From a virus, in UHGV virus genome UHGV-1383976: DNA of 64,000 nt, one strand, 5' to 3'. The notes under the pieces are model-generated. The model worked only from the letters and a program-made list of their open reading frames with translations. It searched no databases and had not been told where the DNA came from. The position numbers and the translations under genes were made by a program. Within the stretch, counting starts at the first letter, position 1. Every line of letters starts with the position of its first letter. Below, one piece after another: positions 21,501 to 28,793 of the stretch.

Positions 21501-23579
21501 GGCCCACAATATACTAACCTTCAGCCGGGTGATAGAGTTTTCACAGCTCCACAAACTCGCAAGATTTTGAGTAATTCTGACCGCGGGGCAACCCCATCAT
21601 TTGCCGGTGGCGGTAGTATTCTTGACCTATATGATCGCTCTAGCTCTTACAATGGGAAAGACAATAAGGATTGGTTGAACGATGGCTCCAGTTCAGGCTC
21701 CAGCTCCAAATCCGATGATGGCGATAAATGGCGCAACGAATTTGACTGGCTCTACAATCTAATGGAAGACCTCATCGAACTTGGCCGCGACCAAGAGAAG
21801 CTCGATGAGAAATATGAAGATTATCTTGCCGACATTTCCAAAACAGCGGGCGATCTCGTTCGTGTAACAGCGGAGCAATATCGCAATCTTTACGCACAGC
21901 AAGTTCGTCAAGAACTTGCCTATGAGAAACGTCTCCAAGAGATGCGCGAATACCTCGCGGTAAATGCACAATATGCCGAGTATGGTACTTATAACTTTGA
22001 TGACCAGACGATTGAAATCGACTGGGATAAGATTGAAGCCATTCTTGACGAAGACTTGTATAATAACGTAAAGGATTACGTTGATGGTTTAGAGGAAGTT
22101 CAAGATCGCATTGACAAGGCAGACGATGAACTCCAAGATATTGAGAATGATATCCAAGACCTCCGTGAACGCTTTATCGAGGAATATATCAGTTTTGAAA
22201 AGCGCATTTTAGAAGCGTTGGTCGATGAACGTCAAAAGCAAATTGATGAACTCAGTGACATCAATGACAGCATCAAAGATACCAATTCCAATTTGTTTGA
22301 TGCAATTCAAAAGTCAATTGATAAACAACGACAAGACCGCGATAATCAAAAGACTGAAGATGAAATTGCCAAGAAAGAGCGTCGTTTGGCTTTTTTGAGA
22401 CAAGATACTTCTACTGATAATACTGTTGCTATCAAAGAGCTTGAAAAAGAGCTTAGCGAAATGAAACAGGATTATACAGATGAATTGCTTGACCAAAAAC
22501 TGAGTCTTCTCCAAGATCAAGCTGATTTTGCCGCTGAGCAACGTGAGCGTCAAATCAAACTAATGGAAAGTAATCTTGAGTTTGACCAAGAGACTGGCCA
22601 ACTTTGGGAACAGATTCACGACTTGTTGAATAGTTCCGTTGGTGAAGATGGTAAGCTTCTAAATGATAGTGCGCTTGTTGCTTTACTCCAAAAGAGTGAA
22701 AGTTGGGAGAGCTTGAGCGAAGTTCAGAAAAAGATGTGGCAAGATGACCTTATCAAAGACTTCAATGCCGCATATGCGTATGTGTTATCGCAAAATATTG
22801 ATGAAACAAAAATTAAGCAAGATGAAACTAACAAGCTACTTGAGGAGCTTGTCAATCATTTAGTACCAAGTCATTCACAGGCTGCCGATAAGAATTCGAG
22901 CGGTTCAAGCGGTGGCGGAGGTTCTGGTGGTGGCGGAAGCCAGAGTCCGAACGATAAGATTCCACCAGATGAGAAAAACTCTAACCATAATGGTAATTAT
23001 TCTTCTGACTCAAATAAATATAAGTATGATGCTTATTATGGAGGGCAAAAAATTCGAGGAAATTTTGAAACAGCTTCTGAGGCAAAACAATTTGCTGTGA
23101 ATTATCGCGCAGCTCGACTAAAAGCGCTTCAAAATACCTATAACAAGATGAAGAAAGAACAGCCTTTCAATAAGGTTGGCCTTCGACAACAGGAAAAAAT
23201 TCTTGCGGCTGAGAAAAATAAAGCTATTGAGGTAAAAAAGATCCTACAGGCAAATTCTATTTTACCCTACAAAACAGGCGGCCTTGCAACTCAAACTGGT
23301 CTTGCTTGGCTTGACGGCACTAAGTCTCATCCCGAACTTGTACTCAATGCACGCGATACTGAAAACTTTATCCAACTCAAAGATGTGTTGTCTGACCTGT
23401 TGCGCGGTGGCTCCACAACAAGCAACACAACCACATCCGGCGATAACTATTTTAGCATCACGGTTCAAGCAGAAATCGCAAACGACTACGATGTTGAGCG
23501 TCTTACTAAAAAAATCAAAGATGAAATTTACAAAGACGGTTCTTATCGTGGCGTAAATGTGATCAGAAAAATCAGATAA
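15507..23579 (+). CDS. Tail tape measure protein (2690 aa)
   Basis: Giant ORF after the tail tube/chaperone genes. Extensive coiled coil. Ser/Gly-rich segments (SSGSSGGGGSGGGGS). AAAGGAGG RBS. Confidence 0.8.
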   Translation: MPTNRTVSGTINLKALLDVSQIRKAAGDIESALSGISLPKNISNALNKNLEKMKSDMTRLDQILAGNITADSSKDALNTAQRILKAYSDIKVAVAQAANLSNAQLKKLFPESVAENIEKANRALEKYNSNLEKYNSGKRQKESDISYQKGRQADLQKALDAEKKKPTEDAVKQQIADAQKQYNEIQQKIQEWYSKKEGRDALPEGQKRKSSTYRQLVDDLAKAEQALEKYKTALNSVQSPEAINKLESDLNSVAGKIRTAEEALRKFESQNSAPSFETLRAELEKLGIDMSNLPQDVDGARHAIAKLTNDELSKIQSQISGVISATDKGSGAFDNYASGANRARDAVRQLTNQERELQQFQSRVEYFFGFNNSVQLLKNAVRDAIDTVKDLDKAMTETAVVTDFSVGDMWKQLPKYTDEANKLGATVKGAYETLTLFYQQGLNQNQAWNLGIETMKMARIAGLDYTNATNLMTSALRGFNMELNQVSSQRVNDVYSELAAITASDVKELGVAMSKTASLAHSANMEFETTAALLAQGVEATRESPETIGTSLKTVIARFTEVKELFTKDQLMGTDSEGQVININKIDTALQTVGIDLKKFLLGEEGLDDVLLQLSSRWNTLDLATQRYIATQAAGSRQQSRFLAMISNYSRTQELVEAAYNSTGASQKQFEKTLGSLEAKLNKLTNAWDTFTMGLANNAVIKAVVDTLTTILTVINKITGAFGDGAGAVLKFMTAISLIKAGGVAFGSGMSWITQAKGAIDKGQAIPHIKDVAGQYAQTQYGTGFGRAMGNAFIGPWQFIPLTIKKWKEKLDNSEYAKQYIEHLNPVLEQAWETGNAPEMQAYLGARRNAGIKQFVWRGGQWLSKKGFSDSGFTRGLFTNRLTRGTSMKVAQSIGKSLGLVGTEGMKVAQSLTGVVAGLSLLSTGILAFAAAIKIADLNLINAKEAQAAAEAQKSAQSQARQNQSSFKEQISTYRQLQSTLKETTKGTDAWNEALVAANENVLEMAKNWGDLGLTYSVDNETGALQLDKTSQKKVEDKLTSATNELAFKTAFTQAYANAVQGRDYERSRVTQSLSGADDLKAQNKAKASLNTANSLLDSGLSSIIDSFDGFGSAINNDLLDEKYLKGAGKEAAKYFWHTTGDMTEDLMSRFGLTREQVLSTYGNGEKLDVELAHNALGLDDVANQLAAEVEGMASKFTEAFEGMANPSESAQAFLDVLNGVENVDLSKLEGAGENMYDILTSLGYEYGTEAYDNAYTQFLNNFVEAVKTTATNEARARGVLGDKFDLLSSETQKQFGSMLSDSSKYFGRKGVNEFQDQLTALSNEGEVDADRLTQAYNSIDFSSPIRAMSQLRKMAQSTNKEIQALGQQGLKSLSDNTSALSLSSQFEYLYENILSSDENLEDLIDEFGKLDADDIYDLADSFSDLKTFLKESGVSAAALATTLNRINKNGLNPNLISGEFLTAMSKLNSFTNGIEGTIKELDSIDLGIDYGQMTDFVADLLDPWKEMMNNGEFGNAQASGIYDLFFGAGSWRKVTQQGEAMVKQEGQRLFDLLNNVVNTGDLSPIWETVLGTDTLSGKGFNAKWNDELGRIDWEITDATYQDIYDSLAGKGLSDTLIKLLIGDAANFSIDLAQIVDANGVEEALKYLIENTKGIIDQSLIDTIINQAADPVEAQRIADEYLAKNNRKTDTWTGQTLMSGIQAGHNQKDVSGEGEYVQGIAETAFVDSIKAPIDKYKEAALEYFQGTEEDLQAALKGATDKKDFLNYFVGMSEKDEADAGRKAIEAFYEAATSEVEIQRTTWNVDEMFQLTGQDADTLFAGLSEEIQKNADEAYRLVWQDQTIDIDPNILIEQYKGDLSSYVNDELDSIAATDYSETLSNAIAEGLAKFDGNLEITVDGKSITTQVTTAINGAVNKKTYTVKVYGDVELPKSLGDSTTTSNHKFSKIKKAPSSANGTYVPSYAGGTRRAKAGPALGGEEGAEIVWNKEKGYAYIIGAKGPQYTNLQPGDRVFTAPQTRKILSNSDRGATPSFAGGGSILDLYDRSSSYNGKDNKDWLNDGSSSGSSSKSDDGDKWRNEFDWLYNLMEDLIELGRDQEKLDEKYEDYLADISKTAGDLVRVTAEQYRNLYAQQVRQELAYEKRLQEMREYLAVNAQYAEYGTYNFDDQTIEIDWDKIEAILDEDLYNNVKDYVDGLEEVQDRIDKADDELQDIENDIQDLRERFIEEYISFEKRILEALVDERQKQIDELSDINDSIKDTNSNLFDAIQKSIDKQRQDRDNQKTEDEIAKKERRLAFLRQDTSTDNTVAIKELEKELSEMKQDYTDELLDQKLSLLQDQADFAAEQRERQIKLMESNLEFDQETGQLWEQIHDLLNSSVGEDGKLLNDSALVALLQKSESWESLSEVQKKMWQDDLIKDFNAAYAYVLSQNIDETKIKQDETNKLLEELVNHLVPSHSQAADKNSSGSSGGGGSGGGGSQSPNDKIPPDEKNSNHNGNYSSDSNKYKYDAYYGGQKIRGNFETASEAKQFAVNYRAARLKALQNTYNKMKKEQPFNKVGLRQQEKILAAEKNKAIEVKKILQANSILPYKTGGLATQTGLAWLDGTKSHPELVLNARDTENFIQLKDVLSDLLRGGSTTSNTTTSGDNYFSITVQAEIANDYDVERLTKKIKDEIYKDGSYRGVNVIRKIR

Positions 23580-23582
23580 TAT

Positions 23583-23615
23583 GAGGGAGGTTTATCCTCC
23601 CTCTTTTCTGTATTT
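23583..23615 (+). terminator. Rho-independent terminator after tape measure gene
   Basis: gagggagg-tttat-cctccctc hairpin followed by ttttctgtattt. Confidence 0.7.
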
Positions 23616-23668
23616 CAAGACAAAAAATTTTACTTATTTTTAGAATAATGGGTAAAGGAGGCTACCAA

Positions 23669-24607
23669 ATGGGAGTTGGCAAAGGAGATTTTATGGGCTT
23701 CCAGTATGGCGGTTATCATTCTTCGCAATTAGGGATAACTCGCGTGAGTGATGGCAGTCGTTATACAGAGGAATTGGCGCCCACTATCAATGATAAAATT
23801 ATTGAAAAACCGGGTAATGATGGAACTTATTTTTTCGGTTCTTTCTTTACACAAAAAACATTTGATTTATCAATGGCTTTTGACTCTATTACAGAAGCGC
23901 AATTATATTTACTAAGAATGATTTTTTCAACCAAAGTACCACAACAACTTATTTTTGATGAGACGCCTTATAAGTTCTATTGGGCTAAACCAGCGGCTGC
24001 TCCTCAGTTCAATTATGTCTGTTTTGAGGAAGGCGATAAGTTGCGGGTCTATAAAGGGGAATGTACCGTTTCACTCGTCTCTTATGACGTATATGCACAT
24101 TCCACCAAAAAAACACTTGCTGAATTCGACGATGAAAATGTAGCCGAATGGTCAGACGTAATTGCGCTTAAACAGACGCTCGATGGAATTAATACTTTCA
24201 GCGGCAATCCTTTAATGGCTGAATTGTGGAATCCCGGCGAAGTCGAAACAGACTGGACGCTTAGCTTGAGGGGTTTTTCGGCTGACACGGTAGATGATAC
24301 AGGCAGCATACAAAAAGGAACACTCGGTGCGTCTAGCGGTTTCCACATCTATTTGACAGATGATGCTGATTCTCAACTTTATTTGTCGCAGATTGCGCGT
24401 ATTGGTTTAGACGATGAGGTGCGCATCAATTCCGCAACTAATCTAATCGAGGGCTATAAAGATGGCAAACGTACAGGCAATCTATACAACCGTCATAAGA
24501 CAAAAGGCACATTTTTCAAGATACCTACTGGTCAATCATATATGACAATAACTGGCATAACCAATGCTGCGCGAGTGGGTATAGATTATGATTACCTCTT
24601 CTACTAA
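23669..24607 (+). CDS. Putative distal tail protein (Dit)
   Basis: ATG 23669 after AAAGGAGG. First gene after the tape measure. About 310 aa, a size and position typical of siphophage Dit. Confidence 0.5.
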   Translation: MGVGKGDFMGFQYGGYHSSQLGITRVSDGSRYTEELAPTINDKIIEKPGNDGTYFFGSFFTQKTFDLSMAFDSITEAQLYLLRMIFSTKVPQQLIFDETPYKFYWAKPAAAPQFNYVCFEEGDKLRVYKGECTVSLVSYDVYAHSTKKTLAEFDDENVAEWSDVIALKQTLDGINTFSGNPLMAELWNPGEVETDWTLSLRGFSADTVDDTGSIQKGTLGASSGFHIYLTDDADSQLYLSQIARIGLDDEVRINSATNLIEGYKDGKRTGNLYNRHKTKGTFFKIPTGQSYMTITGITNAARVGIDYDYLFY

Positions 24608-24617
24608 GGAGGTCCCT

Positions 24618-27600
24618 ATGCTTTTACGAGAATATGAAATCAGCGTTTGGGAGGATATACTCTCAGACGATAAAACAACATATAATGAGCATCCGATTGC
24701 AGTCATTGGGTCTAATACAATGACCAGTGATTGTGCTGCACAAGACGCTCATTTCAATAAAAAGACAACAGGCGAATATACTCTTAGCTTTATTTTATAT
24801 ACACAATATTTTGACAAAACTGAAGGCGCTTTTATTGATAATCCTTTTATCAAATTGCTTGTCAATGAACGGAAGATCAAACTTCACTATAAAGACCAGT
24901 GGTATGATTTTGTTATAAAGAATATTATTGAGGATTCTGATGGTAAGAGCTATACTTATACAGCGCAAGCTTTATTTATTAATGAATTGTCTAAAAATGG
25001 CCTTGACATTGTTTTCAGTATTGAGAAAGAAAATTCAATTGGTAATATAACTACACTTGCGGCCGAGGCTTTAAAGGGGACTGACTGGCAAGTTTCTGAC
25101 CAATCTGACCTAATTCGGCAGACTACAGTCGAGCCACTTTATGTTTTGACTACAACCTCGCAAATTACAGCGACTTCTGTTATGTCAAATACGACAAAAG
25201 AGATAATTCCAGCAGGCTCAATTATATATGGCTTTTATTCCTGCTTGTCTAATAAAGACCCGTTCTTTCAATTTTTGTATCGTTCCGATGGCAAATATGA
25301 AATAAATACAGATACCGGCGCGATTATAAATAGTTCTAATTGGTATATAGATAATACATCTTATACTAATAGTGAAGGAACACCATCTTTCTGTAAGAAT
25401 GAAAAAGCAATAAGTCTTGATTATCGTGGTAAAAAATTCATACGCTCAACTGAAAGTTTTTACGATTCTAAAGTGGATGAATTTATTTCTGTTTATCAAG
25501 ATTCCACTGGCAAAGAAATTCGTGGCTATACGAAAACAGAATATTTGTCTCCAACTTTTACTCAAAATTTGATTACCAATTCTTCAAATTTTGAAAGTAC
25601 AACTGGTTGGGATAAAGAAGGCTCAACTTATATTCGCTCTTTGTTTCACCCTCCACTGGTTGATAATGAGGGGAAAGATCTCAAGGGGCAAGCTCTTATC
25701 AATGCTTTGGCTACTGCTAAACTTACTTTGCAGTTTAATTTACAGAGCAGCGACCGCTTCCATAATAGTGGTTTAGTTGATAATCGAAAGCTTTTTGTCA
25801 AAAATGGTATCGCGCTTGGTGAAAAGTATGTGTTGCGTCTGAAGCTGAGCGGTGCTTCTGTTGATGAATCTCATTTGAAAGGTTTTGTTGCTTTCTACGA
25901 TGGAATGGTGGATGGGAAGTATGACATTCAGAAGAATGGTTCAGCAGAAATTCACATTTTCGATTTTACAGCCGCACAAAACATCTCAAATAACGAAGGA
26001 TACATTCTGCGAGTTGCAAGTGCTGCGCAAGCTATTACATATCAGCAAATGTTAACAAAGAATCTTGGTATTTTCTTTGAATCTGATACTGCAGGCACTT
26101 ATATCTTTGAACAAATCGACTTTTTCAAATATTATGAACAGGACGGTAAAATTCTCTATCCTGAAACAGTACTGAGTGCAGAAGCCCAAACTATTTATTA
26201 CTATTACGACCCTAATAAAAACAAAGATGCAACGTCTGCTGATGAAATTCAATATGAATATGTTGGAGCTTCACCTTCAACAGATTTTTCTCTTAAATAT
26301 GATGAAAATTGTGAAAAGCGTCGTTCTTATGAAACTGAAAAAACTAATCGCTTCAATATATTACAAGATCTTGCGGAGTTGTTTGAGTGCTGGATTGATT
26401 TTGTAATTGAGCACAATGAGGACGGTTCAGTAAAAAAAGACAAAAATGGCATCCCACAGAAGTATGTTATTTTTCGTAATTATGTTGGAATCGAGAATTT
26501 CGCTGGGTTCCACTATGGTATAAATTTACAATCAATTGAGCGCACCGTTGATAGTGATCAAATTTGTTCTAAAATTGTCGTTGAAGATAATGACAATGAA
26601 TTTGCCACTGATGGCTACTGTTCTATTTCTCGCGCAATTGATAACCCAACAGGCGAACTTTTCTTCTATGACTTCCATCATTATTATACACAAGGGCTTT
26701 TGAATTATAGTGAGCTGATGAACGACCTTTATCTTGAAGTCTCCCCGTGGTTAGGTTATTATGTCAAGATGAAGCGTATCAATCAGACTCGACAGGCTCT
26801 GTTAGAAGAGGCATCCGCAATTGCAAACTCAATGAACACCTTATCGGCATCAAGCCAAACTCATTTCTTGATTTATACAGAAGGTAGCACGCAGCTTAAC
26901 GACAAAAAGCAAGAACTAGCAAACTATCCTCCCGCAAAAGGATATATATATGAAGATTTCATCAAAAATCCCATAACTGATGAATATGTAATTTCTCTCA
27001 TAGAGCACGATCCCGAAATTATCGGTATTATTACTGCCATTGCAATTCTTGAGCGGCAAGTCTCACAAAGTAAAGAATTCTATAATACTTATAAAGAGGC
27101 ATATGATGCGGCGCAAGCTCGTTATAAGGAAATTCAAGAGTCGCTTGAGGCTTCTAAAACTCAGAAAGAAGAACTCAATAAAAAGTTCTATGAGAAGTAT
27201 TCGCGCTTTATTCAAGAAGGTTCTTGGTCGAGTGAAGACTATCTTGACGATAATTTATATTATTATGATGCTGCGGCTACACTTGCTGAATCAGCTAACC
27301 CGCAAATCACCTATTCAATAAATGTAATTGATGTGGGTTCTCTTGAAGGACTTGAAGGTTATACTTTCAACCCCGGTGATAGAACTTACATTGAGGATAC
27401 AGAATTTTTTGGTTTTACTTACATTGATGGGGTGAAAACTCCTGTCCAAGAAGAAATTGTTGTCAGTGAAATTGATGTGGTTTTGAATGACCCATCGCAA
27501 GATACAATAACTGTTCAAAACTACAAAACACGCTTTGAGGATATGTTTCAGCGCATTAGCGCGACAACAACTTCTCTTCAATATCAATCTGGCAGCTATG

Positions 27601-28781
27601 CTCGCGCGGCCAATGCTATCACAAAGACTGGTGAGATAAAAGCCGAGACTCTTCAACAGAGTTTTGCAAATAATGCTTTCACACTTGCTAACGCGGGCGA
27701 CCAAACAGTTTTGTGGAATGAGAATGGTATTACCGTATCAAGTCCCCGCACACCTAATCAAATTGTTCGCATAATCAATGGCGGTATCTATCTCACTAAA
27801 GACGGTGGCACAACTTGGAGTGCTGCGATTACAGGTGCAGGAATCAACGCATCTTATATAAATGCAGGACAAATTGATACTAGCTTGATACGTATAATGA
27901 ATGGCGCGTTTCCAACTTATAAGTGGGATGGAAATGGGTTAAGTGCCTATTGGTTTTCTCAGAATTCTGATGGCTCGATCGGTTCAATTAACTATGGCAA
28001 GTTTGTGCGATTTGATCAATACGGCATTTACGGTATGTTGGCTGATGATGAAAACTGGATTGCCGCTAATTTGAATGATGTAAAAACTAAAGCTAAATTT
28101 GGCTTGACTTGGGATGGCTTCTTTCTCAAGAATGGAAATGATTCTGGTCAAATTGAAATTAGTAGTGATAAAGATATTACAGTTAGTGCTGGTGGGTATG
28201 ATCGCGTAAAGATTGGTAAGATTGGTGATAATAATTATGGTTTATCAATAAACGATGCAACTGGCGCTCAGGTATTAGCAACAGAAAGTGATGGGTCTTT
28301 GTGGCTAAAAAATAAACTCTCTGTTTCAACTTCTCTTGAGGGAAAAACCGTTCAAATTGGATATCTTAATGATATTGATGAAAAACACGGACATCAAGTC
28401 ATCAATGCAACGGACAATTTTATTGTTTATGAAGATGGACACTTATTAGCAAAGAGCGGCGAATTTACTGGAACCATAAACGCAACAGGCGGAAAAATTG
28501 GTAATTTAACAATAGAAGAACTTGAAAATTCAGGCTATACTATTTTAATTACCAGTGACAAAGGTACTGTTTTCAAAAATGATTATCCGGAAATAATAAA
28601 TCTTACCTGCGAAGTATATAAAGGTGGAGAAAAAATCAACGACTCTCCCGCACATACTATTACATATCAATGGCAAAAAAATCACGTTGATATATTAGAT
28701 GCAAATCAAATGACTTATGAGGTAAAGGATGAAGATGTTACAATAACAGCAATCTATACCTGTATTGTAAACATTACATAA
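24618..28781 (+). CDS. Putative tail-associated lysin/baseplate hub protein (Tal), ~1387 aa
   Basis: ATG 24618 after AAGGAGG; large ORF following Dit. Confidence 0.5.
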   Translation: MLLREYEISVWEDILSDDKTTYNEHPIAVIGSNTMTSDCAAQDAHFNKKTTGEYTLSFILYTQYFDKTEGAFIDNPFIKLLVNERKIKLHYKDQWYDFVIKNIIEDSDGKSYTYTAQALFINELSKNGLDIVFSIEKENSIGNITTLAAEALKGTDWQVSDQSDLIRQTTVEPLYVLTTTSQITATSVMSNTTKEIIPAGSIIYGFYSCLSNKDPFFQFLYRSDGKYEINTDTGAIINSSNWYIDNTSYTNSEGTPSFCKNEKAISLDYRGKKFIRSTESFYDSKVDEFISVYQDSTGKEIRGYTKTEYLSPTFTQNLITNSSNFESTTGWDKEGSTYIRSLFHPPLVDNEGKDLKGQALINALATAKLTLQFNLQSSDRFHNSGLVDNRKLFVKNGIALGEKYVLRLKLSGASVDESHLKGFVAFYDGMVDGKYDIQKNGSAEIHIFDFTAAQNISNNEGYILRVASAAQAITYQQMLTKNLGIFFESDTAGTYIFEQIDFFKYYEQDGKILYPETVLSAEAQTIYYYYDPNKNKDATSADEIQYEYVGASPSTDFSLKYDENCEKRRSYETEKTNRFNILQDLAELFECWIDFVIEHNEDGSVKKDKNGIPQKYVIFRNYVGIENFAGFHYGINLQSIERTVDSDQICSKIVVEDNDNEFATDGYCSISRAIDNPTGELFFYDFHHYYTQGLLNYSELMNDLYLEVSPWLGYYVKMKRINQTRQALLEEASAIANSMNTLSASSQTHFLIYTEGSTQLNDKKQELANYPPAKGYIYEDFIKNPITDEYVISLIEHDPEIIGIITAIAILERQVSQSKEFYNTYKEAYDAAQARYKEIQESLEASKTQKEELNKKFYEKYSRFIQEGSWSSEDYLDDNLYYYDAAATLAESANPQITYSINVIDVGSLEGLEGYTFNPGDRTYIEDTEFFGFTYIDGVKTPVQEEIVVSEIDVVLNDPSQDTITVQNYKTRFEDMFQRISATTTSLQYQSGSYARAANAITKTGEIKAETLQQSFANNAFTLANAGDQTVLWNENGITVSSPRTPNQIVRIINGGIYLTKDGGTTWSAAITGAGINASYINAGQIDTSLIRIMNGAFPTYKWDGNGLSAYWFSQNSDGSIGSINYGKFVRFDQYGIYGMLADDENWIAANLNDVKTKAKFGLTWDGFFLKNGNDSGQIEISSDKDITVSAGGYDRVKIGKIGDNNYGLSINDATGAQVLATESDGSLWLKNKLSVSTSLEGKTVQIGYLNDIDEKHGHQVINATDNFIVYEDGHLLAKSGEFTGTINATGGKIGNLTIEELENSGYTILITSDKGTVFKNDYPEIINLTCEVYKGGEKINDSPAHTITYQWQKNHVDILDANQMTYEVKDEDVTITAIYTCIVNIT

Positions 28782-28793
28782 GGAGGTAAAGAG

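Noticed and set aside
22900-22950. (GGGGS)2-like sequence resembling a synthetic flexible linker
   Set aside because: Lies within a natural Ser/Gly/Asn-rich low-complexity hinge of the tape measure; no vector-like context
15566-23468. Many 60-180-aa antisense or out-of-frame ORFs inside the tape measure gene (e.g. 19761-20312, 18719-19252, 17450-17815)
   Set aside because: Shadow ORFs within a continuous, codon-biased 8-kb coding frame; no RBS or promoters
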